A DNA stretch of 48,385 bases from Octopus bimaculoides (lineage: Eukaryota): contig NC_069003.1 of assembly GCF_001194135.2 (NCBI RefSeq), positions 35,051,925-35,100,309 of the forward strand. The letters are read 5' to 3'. The notes beneath the pieces are model-generated. The model made no database searches. It was given only the letters and a program-made list of their open reading frames with translations, and was not told the DNA's origin. Shown here piece by piece: positions 38,568 through 48,385 of this stretch (position 1 is the stretch's first letter; the number at the start of each line of letters is the position of its first letter). The translations under genes were made by a program, and so were the position numbers.

Positions 38568-39291
38568 GGATCTAGTTCAAAACGGGGGCGCCAGTATTTT
38601 CTTAACGAAACACTTTGAAACTTGGGACACTGGTAGAATGTGTCATATAAAACATCTTTTTCTCTTAGTCTTCATAAGAAAAATTATTATATTGCAACTT
38701 ATTTCATGTTAAAGTTGTCGTATTTCTGTAATTTCAACCAATGACTGACGTCCATTCAGCCGAATACATTAAGTGCTGACTACGTAAACAAACGATTCTC
38801 AAACGATTCTGGCGGTGATAAAATTATTATTTGCTTGTCAAAAAATGGCTGAAGCATATTGGCAGTAGCTAATAAACCTTTCTATTATAGGCACAAGGCC
38901 TGGTTTTTGAGGGAAGGGTTAGAGTTAGGGCAAATGTTGTACACATACAGTTCAGGCAGATGTTAACGAAATTATATTAAAAATAAAACGAAGGAAAACG
39001 AACACACGTGTGTTGTCTCTCTGCAAAATGTCAGAAGTAATGGAGATTAAATACGCTTTACACCGCTTAAACTGCCAAAGGAGTAACTATAAACAGCTGA
39101 ATACTTGTCAGTGATTGGTTGAAATTATCGAAATAAGACAATTTTTTACATGAAATAACTTCGACTACAAAAATTTTTTTCTGTTCTATAACACAAAATA
39201 GATAAGTATACGAAGTTTGAAAGTCTTTCGGTACCAAAAACACTACATAAAACATAAATGAAAACTGGTACCCCCGTTTTGAACTAGATCC
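38568..39291. mobile_element. Non-autonomous DNA transposon (724 bp), Merlin-like
   Basis: 28-bp TIRs (first 21 bp perfect: GGATCTAGTTCAAAACGGGGG) and an exact 8-bp TSD AAATAATT (38560-38567 / 39292-39299). Confidence 0.8.
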
Positions 39292-40930
39292 AAATAATTA
39301 ATATATGAATAAATGTAAAGTAAAAAAAATATTGTAAAAACAAACAAGACACAAATATCAGTTTCCACATTTGTCCAGTGTTTAGCATCGGTTTGATGAC
39401 ATTGCAATAAAATTCTATAAACAGAACAGAACTTGGTCACCTGAGAGTCTCTAATTACAGAAGACATTAGAGAAATAAATCTCTCTGGAATAATACAACA
39501 GGATATTACAGTTAACTTCACTCCATGATAACTTAGCTGTTGCGTACACAATGAGAGATAGATGGGAATGGACTGAAGGAAAGTAAATTGTATTTCAACA
39601 GAAATACGGCAAGAAATGGTTTCATAAACATTTTTAGCCTCATTCAGTGAAAAAAAATAAAGAAAAGATCGCCATGTTTTATCTGTCGGACTCCTGTCAC
39701 AAAATCATTACCACCACCACAACAACAACACTGTTACAGTCATAGTATTATTAGTCACCACCAACACAACACTACTCCTCCCACCACAGTATTATTACGA
39801 CTGCCACCCCCACTACCACTCCTAATAACCACCAACTCCCCTACTTACCCCCCCCCACCAGACCATTGTCTTCAGTGCCACCATCAACATGGTACTTAAT
39901 CCCTTGTTATTCTTACTTTGTCCTAATCACACTATCAGCCTGACCATTGAACTAATTCCATTGTTAATTCTAATCACTAATTAATCCATTCATTATGTTT
40001 ATTAAGGTGAAAGGTGAGAGAAATACAACCACGAAAATTATAGGAAGACAAGAGAGGAGGTAGAAGGGGGAGGAGAGAGAGAGAAAGAGAAAAGAGGGAG
40101 AGAGAAGAGGAAAAGAGAGAGAGAGAGAGATTTATCAGTTTGTTGGGTGCAGTGGAGTGACAGGAGTTATTAAGATGGTTGGGGTTCGACAGGTGAGGCA
40201 TGGAATACCACGTATTGAGTGCAAAGTGACAAAGTGCCCAGGTATTGTGACAATGGAAGATGAACACCTTGCATACACAAACAGGCCTGGCATGGCTGTA
40301 CGGCATGAAGCTTGCTTCCTAACCACACGGTCTCAGGTTCAGTCCCACTGCGTGGCACCTTGGTCAAGTGTCTTCTACTATAGCCTCAGGCCTTTGATCA
40401 CAGTTCTGCAGAAGCTAAACAAAAAGATCGATGAGCCAATGAGGCTAATATGATCGATTGACGTGCAAGAAATAACAGCCAAATTTTTTTCAAACCATAC
40501 TCCTACCGCTCTAGGAAAAGACGGGATGGGCACAGTTGGAATACATTTGATCACTGGTCTATTAAATCAAGGTTGACCTGAAGTTACAACAAAGATCTAC
40601 ATGGTCATTCAACTTGCTTGAAATACCAGCCAAATATCTACGTCTTAAAAAAAAAAAGATCACGACATCGAATAAAAGTCGTAGATACACAACGTGTGAA
40701 TATAAGACGAGATGGTCACAGTTAGAAGGTCTTTGTTCGTCAGTCTCCTTCACGATTGGTTGACCTGAAATTAAACACTGACATCCACTCCAACATATTT
40801 CACATTTTTTAACTCAAAAATAAGACAACTGCGTAACCTCAACACGTTTAAAACTGACGTTGTTGAACCAAATTTACTTTCTTTTCAACCTTGTTGTTAG
40901 TGATGTCACCCAATAAAACCACATACGCAC

Positions 40931-40968
<38 letters not shown>

Positions 40969-41495
40969 GAGTGAGTGAGTGAATGAGTGGGGGGTGTACG
41001 CACGCAGTCATGTCATGTGTCGTGATTTATGTGAAATGCTTCGTTAATTTCCTTTTAGAATTTCAGCTTTCAGAGTTTTATTTCTTGTTAACTTTGATGA
41101 CCAAAGTCACACACACACTATCTCTCTCTTTCTCTCTCTCTCTCTCCTTCTCTCTCCCACCTCTACCACACAATCTCTACACCACAAACTGTCTATCGGC
41201 AACCATCAAAGTCTATCTTCACAAAAGTGAAAGTAGGCTTTAATGAACGATTAAAATACTCAAAAAGTTGACCGTCTCTTTTCACAACAACTGAGAGTCC
41301 GACAGATAAAACATGGCGATCTTTTCTTTTCTCTTTTTTCACTGAATGAGGCTAAATATGTTTATGAAACCATTTCTTACCGTATTTCTGTTGAAATACA
41401 ATGCCTTCGTTTCAATTAATTTTTGAAAATAATGATGGATTTAGTAAAATAATTGTCATTAATTAAGCTGGCATTTGAAACAAATCAACACGAAA

Positions 41496-41893
41496 GTGTA
41501 GCTGAGTGGTAAGAAATTTGCTTCCCAGCCACATGGTTCCTGGGTTCAGTCTCACTGCGTGACACCTTGGACAAGTCTCTTCTACTATACCCATGGGCTG
41601 ACCAGAGCCTTGTCAATGGATTTGATAGACAAAACTGAAAGAAGCCTACTGTGTATGTGCGTGCGTGCGTGTGTGAGAGTACATGCGAGGCTTTGTGTCG
41701 GAGTATGTCTCCTAACACCACTTCACAGGTGTTGGTGTGTTGACATCCCCATAACTTAGCAGTTTGGCAAGAGAGACCGACAGGATAAGTACTACTAGGC
41801 TTACAAAAGAATAAGTCCTTGGGTTGATTTGCTCGACTAAAGGCGGTGCTCCAGCATGGCCACAGTTAAATGACTGAAACAAGTAAACGAATA
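41496..41893 (+). mobile_element. tRNA-derived SINE, family A, full length. Partial copies at about 3270-3440(-), 10040-10140(-), 13520-13740(+), 22322-22490(+), 30835-31100(+), 34868-35018(-), 36240-36370(+), 38310-38398(-) and 40290-40392(+).
   Basis: Head GCTGAGTGGTAAGAA..GGGTTCAGTC, body CACCTTGG(G/A)CAAGT..GGAAACTGAAAGAAGCC, central GT repeat, and 3' end AAGGCGGTGCTCCAGCATGGCCACAG..ATGACTGAAACAAG. Confidence 0.85.
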
Positions 41894-42728
41894 TATATCT
41901 ATATACCCGCCCCCCACTATATGGCCAGATTGGAGCAATCTCAAGTATAACCAGCCAAAATTGCAAAGATAATCTGGAACTCAACTAAGGAAAGAAAACT
42001 CGAAATGACCCATCCTTGTTTGCATTGTATCGTCTGCCTGGATGTTTTGCGTTTTTGTCCCATTTTTGTATTTTATATATATAAAAAAAATATAGCAGCA
42101 TCCGCACACTTTGGTCTCATATATGTGTGTGTGTGTGTGTGTGAGTGTGAGTGTGTGTGTGTGTGTGTGATATAAAGTAAATATTTTTCTGTTGTCATAG
42201 TGTCTCCTAATATTCAGTCCTTTTGTAATCCACTTAAATGCTGTCCCACTCCGAGTATTTACTCAGAGTGGCACGTGCCTCATACAGCCACACAAAGAAT
42301 TATTAAACACTTGCAAACAGAAAGACGAGATTTTCTCTTCAAAAGACTTTCCCCCCTGCCTTTTCTTTTCTTTTTTTGTAATTCTATTCAGAGAATGTAA
42401 ATAAAAATTTTAAAAAAAGCAAAGCAAATCTGCTTCTTTGGCACAATCTCTTTCAGACATGATGGCACTGAACTTCTTAAGCTGCAAGAATAATGACACA
42501 CCCAGACGTTTTTCTTGTGAAGACTATACTGCCTCTGCCATGAGAAAACTAAGGCAATTCTTCACAGGGGAAATAACATGAAACAAGGCATTGTGTGTGC
42601 AAGAATATATATATATATGTGGATATTTTACAGAGAAGAGAGTAAATTTCAAACACAATATAGTTGTGGAAACAGCAGGAAGATTGGGTATTTCAACCTT
42701 AAGAGACGGGAAAAAAAAAGCTGCTAGT

Positions 42729-42800
42729 AGACAGTTACAGGAGTTGAACCCTGTACCTCTCGAATGTCAGTCAAGTACTCTATCATTAAGCTAAACGGCC
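42729..42800 (-). tRNA. tRNA-like element or pseudogene with GAC (Val) anticodon and a downstream Pol III terminator
   Basis: GGCCGTT-TA-GCTT-AATGATA-GAGT-A-CTTGA-CTGACAT-TCGAG-AGGTA-CAGGG-TTCAACT-CCTGT-AACTGTC. Acceptor 6/7 paired, anticodon stem 5/5, B box intact, A box and T stem imperfect. T9 follows a 9-nt trailer. Confidence 0.45.
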
Positions 42801-44189
42801 CACTGACATTAATTAGTGTCGGTTTTAAAGTTAAATGATAGCTTTTGGAATGCAACAACATTTTATAAACAAACTTTGGAAGCGTCGAATGTGTTTGGTA
42901 TTTTACAGATGAGGAAGTAAGTTTTGAATGCAGTGTAGCTGTGAAAACGGCAAAAAGATCAAGCATTTTGCCCTTATAAGATAGTAAAAAGTTGCCAGCA
43001 GATGGCCACAGGAGCCAAACCCCTACCCATATATGTATGCATGTGTATGTTTGTATGATTAATGGTTGCTGATAATTCTGTAAGTCCCATGTACCTTCAA
43101 CAGAAATTGGGAGGTTCCTATGATTTAGTGCAAGGATAAAGTAAGGTAGATATAAACTCCTTTCTGCTACAAGCACAAGGCTTGAAAGTTTGAGTGAAGG
43201 GGTTAGTCAATTACATAAACCACAGTCCTCAACTGGTACTTATTTTATCGGCCTCAAAAGGACGGAAAGCAAAGTCAACTTTGGCGGAATCCGAACTCGG
43301 AATGTAAAGACAGACGAAACACTTGGCTTATTATTATTATTATCATTATTATGGTGGCAGGCAGACCAGACAAAGTGCTAAGCTACATTTCTTCTAGTTT
43401 TTTTGCCACAGTTAGATAGATGAGAGGAGCAGAGGATGTGGTAGTAGTGGTAGAAGGAGAAGAAAGAGCAGGTCTGTGAGGTTGTGGTTGGAATGTGTTT
43501 AGGTGAATGACTCTTGGCTAATCAGTGAAATGATTGCATATGTGGGTGTGTGTGCACATATGTGTGTACATACACATGCATGTATGCACATACAAATATA
43601 CATGTGCATACACACGCACACACATCATTGAAGAATCAGGCTGCCATATTTGGTGCTCCTTTCAGAAATCAATTTCCTTTCTACAAGAGAGACACAGGAA
43701 TAAAACATCTAAACACAATGTAATGTTAGCGAACAATAACAAGACATACATACATACACATACATACATACATACATACATACATACAAGCATGCATACA
43801 ATATATACATACATACACGCATGCATACATACATACAATATATACATACATACATACATACACGCATGCATGCATACATACATACATACATCTTAATTGT
43901 GTAATGTTAAGCAGAAATGATTTGTCATCATCACTTTCAACATAATCCCCACCACCACCACCACGTGATAATTACAACTGCCATCATCATCATCATTGTC
44001 AAAATTATGATAATCATCATCATAAACATCATCACCATTGTCCCTATTATCATCATCATCACCATCATCATCATCATTTAGACTTCAGCCAGACAACAAT
44101 CATCACCAGTGGAATACTTTCAGTTCTCTAACCATTTCCCTTGGTCCAACCTGACTCAGACAACATGCAGTTCATTAATATTCCACTGA

Positions 44190-44223
<34 letters not shown>

Positions 44224-44293
44224 CCCTCTTCCTCTCTCCTCCTCAATGATTTTCTGAGGTTGTTGCTCATTTTCAAATTAAATCTTTACAAAC

Positions 44294-44331
<38 letters not shown>

Positions 44332-46859
44332 TATTTGCCTTTCATCTTGTCAGGGTCAATAAATTAAGCACCAGTTGCATACTGGGGTCGATGTAATCAA
44401 CCAGTCCCCTCCCCACACATTTCGGTGCCAGTTTAACTGAATTTAATCTGCTTAATTCCCCGTACTCTTTGTAGTCTGAGGTCCTGGGTTCTAATCCTGC
44501 CTTTTATTCTTCTGAAAGAACCAATCAAGCATTTGGTTGAGAACAACACTGACTATTTCCTTCCAGCCAAAAAATGTATTCTGGCACTTAATCCTTTTTC
44601 AGGATTATCCCTTAAAGGTGGTGAGCTGGCAAAACGCTTTGCAGCATTCCTTCCAGTTCTTTACATTCTGAGTTCAAATCCTGGCGAGGTCAACGCTGCC
44701 TTTTGTCCTTTTGGAATCAAAATAAAATAAAATAAAATAAAATAAAATAAAACAAAATAAAATGTCAGTCAAGCACTGGAGGGTTGATGTGATCAGTTTG
44801 CCCCCCCCCCTCTAAGTTGCTGGCCTTGTGCTAAAATTAGAAACAATTAATAGGATTATCTTAATTGGGGTAATTAATGAGTTTGTTTACTGAGTTATAA
44901 ACAACTAAACCAATAACATTTGTTATTGTTGATTAAGAACAAAACTATATTGTGTGTTAAAAGGCAAAGTCCTGGAACAGCTAAGAGGGTGGCGGTGGGT
45001 GGATGTGGTGGTGGTGGTGGTGGTGGTTGAAATAGTGGAAGTTAGTGGGTGGGTCGGTTGGGTGAGAGATAGTGTAGGAAAGGGTGGGGAGTTGGGTAAT
45101 GGTGTAGTGGGGGTGACAGTGCAGGAGATGGTGGAGGAGATTAAAACTAGAACAGTGTGGGAGTGAGGGAGAAAGTAAGATGTCATAATTAGGGGTGAGA
45201 AGTGGGTAGAGGAGGGAGGAGAGTGGTGGAAGAAATTGTATGGGAAAGAATAAAGCAGACCTAGGATTGAAGATATGCCATACATGACCATCCTTTTTTG
45301 ATTTTTTTAGTCTTTTTTTTTTTGCAGGGATGGGAATATCTAGGACTACATTATTTAGTGTGCCACCTCCTCTGTTTTTAAGAGAATGACGTATGATTTG
45401 AAGGAGATTTGGCTGTTCTTTCTAGCAAGTTGGGTGACTGTGTAGAGACTCCCTGGTTGATTGGAGATTAAAAGTGAGAAGGGGAGCAGTGAGAGGAGAG
45501 ATTTGAGATAAGTGAGTTAGTAAGGGGGTGGAAGAGAGTGGAAGAAGGTAGGGGTAGTGTGAGGGGTGGTAGAGGAGTGGAAGTGAAAAGAAAGGGTGTG
45601 GAATATGGAAGGAATAGGGAGGGTGTTGTAAGTAACTGGGTGGAGTAAATAACATTGATTATATTTTGTTTGTTTTATCCTTATTGAAGTATGTCATGTG
45701 GTTAGAATGGTACCTGAGTGAATAGGTGGGTATCTAGTGAGTTTTTAGGGTAGAAAGGTCAAACTTTGTTAGAAATAAAATGAAAACCCAACTATGAAAT
45801 GGCAACCAAAATATGTTAAAGCAAAGAAAGTCAACCATTCAACAGAATTCCTCTGCCAAACAACAGTTGAGATGACACGACTGTTAAAACCTGTTTCCTT
45901 CCAAGAACTTTGGTACATGTGAACTGTTTCTGCTTTGTGAAATCAGCGAAATTATCACTGCATCAAGCAGACTAATGGGATGTAGTTATTACACTGCTAG
46001 TCAGCATCTGCTGCCTTGAATTGTTATAGCTTTTGAATGATGCCACCCGATGTTGGTAAGGAGGGTAGACCAACATTATCCCTGGGACAGAATGCTGGTC
46101 TGTCACAGGCTGTTTTATAACTGAATGGACTGGAGAAAAGTGAGACAGTGTTCTCTTCAAGAACACAATTCCTAGTCGTCTGAGAATGAAAACAAAGATC
46201 TTTCAATTGTGAGTCAACAGTAAGAAAAGTAGTTGGCACTGTCCACAAATATGGTGTCATATTCCGCTAGTAATGCAACAATTTAAGTTCAAGCAGTCCC
46301 AGGAGGGTTTCTAGCAGTAACAGATGAAGAGACAGACAAACAGACAGTCAGGAAGAGAGTGAGACAGACGGAGAGGAACAACAATAAGAAATCTGAATCC
46401 ATTGAATTAAAAGAGAACGAGAAAGGGGAAAATCCCCAGTGAAATGAAACCAGGATTTCTTGGTGGATTAAACAAAATTAACCCATCATAATAATCACCA
46501 TCACTATTATATCCGCCAAATATAAATAATGTACATAATTCCTCATGTCTTAAATACAGAACTGTACTAACTTTACTGTCTGTTGTGCACTGATTTTCCA
46601 GCATACAAGTGAAATTTTTTGAGGCCAAAATTTACAGCCAATTTACAGTTGACTTGCACACCATAAGGACCAACAATTCCATGTTAAATGCAGCAAAATT
46701 TGGAAAGACAGTGACGATGCTAGAATGCTTACGCTACATGTTCACATTACATTGAATTGTATGCCAGAATACATGGCATTTTTAGACTGAGTCATACAAA
46801 CAGTAAAATCCTTAGGTGAGACGGGACACAGTGTCAAAACACATGCACCAAACACTTAC

Positions 46860-46998
46860 CATGTTAAGAACAAAATTGTGCACTCAGATATGCATGGTTT
46901 ATTGCATGAGGTGCATGTGCAGTATAGCTTTCTGGATGTGTTGCATTTTTTTCACTGCTTCCTATATTCCTCAACACACTTATAATTTTTGGTCATGG
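46860..46998 (-). other. Candidate non-coding leader exon (139 nt)
   Basis: Acceptor CATTCATTTCGTCTTCACTATAG and donor ATG|GTAAGT. Stops in all three frames. Confidence 0.25.
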
Positions 46999-47134
46999 CT
47001 ATAGTGAAGACGAAATGAATGTTTTTATGACCATTTGCAATGTAAACCCCAGCAGTTTAGGGTTAATAAGGTCCCTTATGCTAATGTGTATACATGTACC
47101 CTACAGACTACACCAGAGTACTCTTCTTAATTGT

Positions 47135-47420
47135 TGAGTGATTAGCTGTGAAGAGAGTGGGTACCCAGTCCCCTACCCTCAAAACATACTTGACAATGGA
47201 GGGGTTAGCAATAGAAAAAGTGGGTATCTAGCCCTCCCAAAATATACTTTGTAATTAAGTGGTTAGCAGTAGAAAGGGTGGGTACCAGCCCCTTACCTCC
47301 ATCCCTGCCCACTCCTCCTCAAAACATACTTGAAAATCAAGTGGTTAGTACAGAAAGGGTGGGTACCCAGGCCCTGAAAAATATTTCATGATAGTTGAGT
47401 GATTACCAACAGGAAGGATG
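47135..47420. repeat. Diverged minisatellite, about 5 units of 57-82 bp
   Basis: Recurring GTGGTTAGCA.TAGAAAGGGTGGGTACCCAGCCC..CTCAAAACATACTTG. Confidence 0.75.
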
Positions 47421-47898
47421 GTCGGCTAACTGTGAAAAGTAATTGCTGTTCTACCAGACACTGGAAATGTCTTCGTGATTAACAGGGTTCAATTCCCAAT
47501 CACATGGTTGCAAATTGAATCCAGCAAGGGTTTCGTAGCATAGTCTCGAGTTGACTAATAATATCAGGTGAGAGGGATTCGGTAGATGAAAACTGCACAA
47601 AAATCCAGTAGGTACATCGAGATATACACATACATATGTACATGCGGGGACACACACAATTCATCATCATCATTTAATGTCTGTCTGCCATGCTAGCATG
47701 GGTTGGACAGTTTGCCAAGGAGCTGGCAAGCCAGGGGGATGCACCAGGCTTCAATTGTCTGTTTTGGCAAGGTTTCTATGGTTGGGTGCCCTTCCTAATG
47801 CCAACCACTTTACAGAGTGTACTGGGTGCTTTTTATGTGGCACCAGCACAAAAGCTTTTCATGTTATACATAAACACACACACATACATGCAAGCATA

Positions 47899-47930
<32 letters not shown>

Positions 47931-48385
47931 TGCACATGTACAGCTGCATATATATGTGCACACTGACATATACACATGCTTACATATATGCACACACAAA
48001 CACACACACAGTCTGTGTATATCTTTTACTGATGTATATTGGTAAAGGATGTAAAGGTCAGAAAATCAAAAGTAAGTGCTCTTCGAAGTCCTTAGCAATA
48101 TTTGTTCCACAGCTAGTAACAAACACTCCCTTGTCACTGCCAGAAATGTCATCAAGCAATGACCGAATGGTTATAGAAACCTGTAAGCAACAGGGCTATT
48201 GTTCACCAGTTGCCATCTAAAACACAAACAAATATTCCAATAGAAGATCAATAAATGATGATTGGGAGTGAAGAGAAATGATGGGACGACCAATCACAAC
48301 AGAAAGAAAGATATCAAATGAGTTGGTTGACATTATTTATTATTTATTTAGGGCAGCAGGGGATGGTGGACGGAGGGGGGCGGGT

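Noticed and set aside
46474-47066. TTAACCC ... GGGTTAA as a second piggyBac MITE
   Set aside because: The sequences inside the trinucleotide ends are not inverted repeats.
12150-47420. Interspersed similar blocks or the minisatellite as a CRISPR-like array
   Set aside because: They are eukaryotic SINEs and tandem repeats, without constant repeats separated by unique spacers.
5076-48220. Many 60-190 aa ORFs rich in HT, CV, YI, RE, LS, poly-I, poly-H or poly-T
   Set aside because: They are translations of CA, GT, AT, GA and trinucleotide microsatellites, which lack stops.

Overview
Eukaryotic, AT-rich, microsatellite-saturated draft scaffold with six N gaps. The SINE complement points to an octopus genome (inference). 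The only well-supported protein-coding feature is a 2.2-kb minus-strand exon (18742->16545, ATG at 18481) encoding about 645 aa of a largely disordered N-terminus that resembles neurabin/spinophilin (PPP1R9). Splice signals and reading phase suggest the gene continues through a 36-nt exon (13908->13873) into an exon starting at 30 that runs off the window. There is also a candidate internal alternative first exon (6222->6146) and several candidate non-coding leader exons further upstream. The rest is intron-like: several tRNA-derived SINE families, RTE and Penelope remnants, a piggyBac-type MITE, a Merlin-like MITE, fold-back repeats and a lone tRNA-like element. Most short ORFs in the supplied track are microsatellite or gap artefacts. 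The most interesting signals are regulatory: a 76-aa uORF ending 2 nt before the main ATG, a frame-symmetric candidate poison exon whose only stop is a terminal TGA, a candidate internal promoter/short isoform, and multiple dsRNA-forming inverted repeats in the pre-mRNA. All were read by eye and none has been checked against databases.
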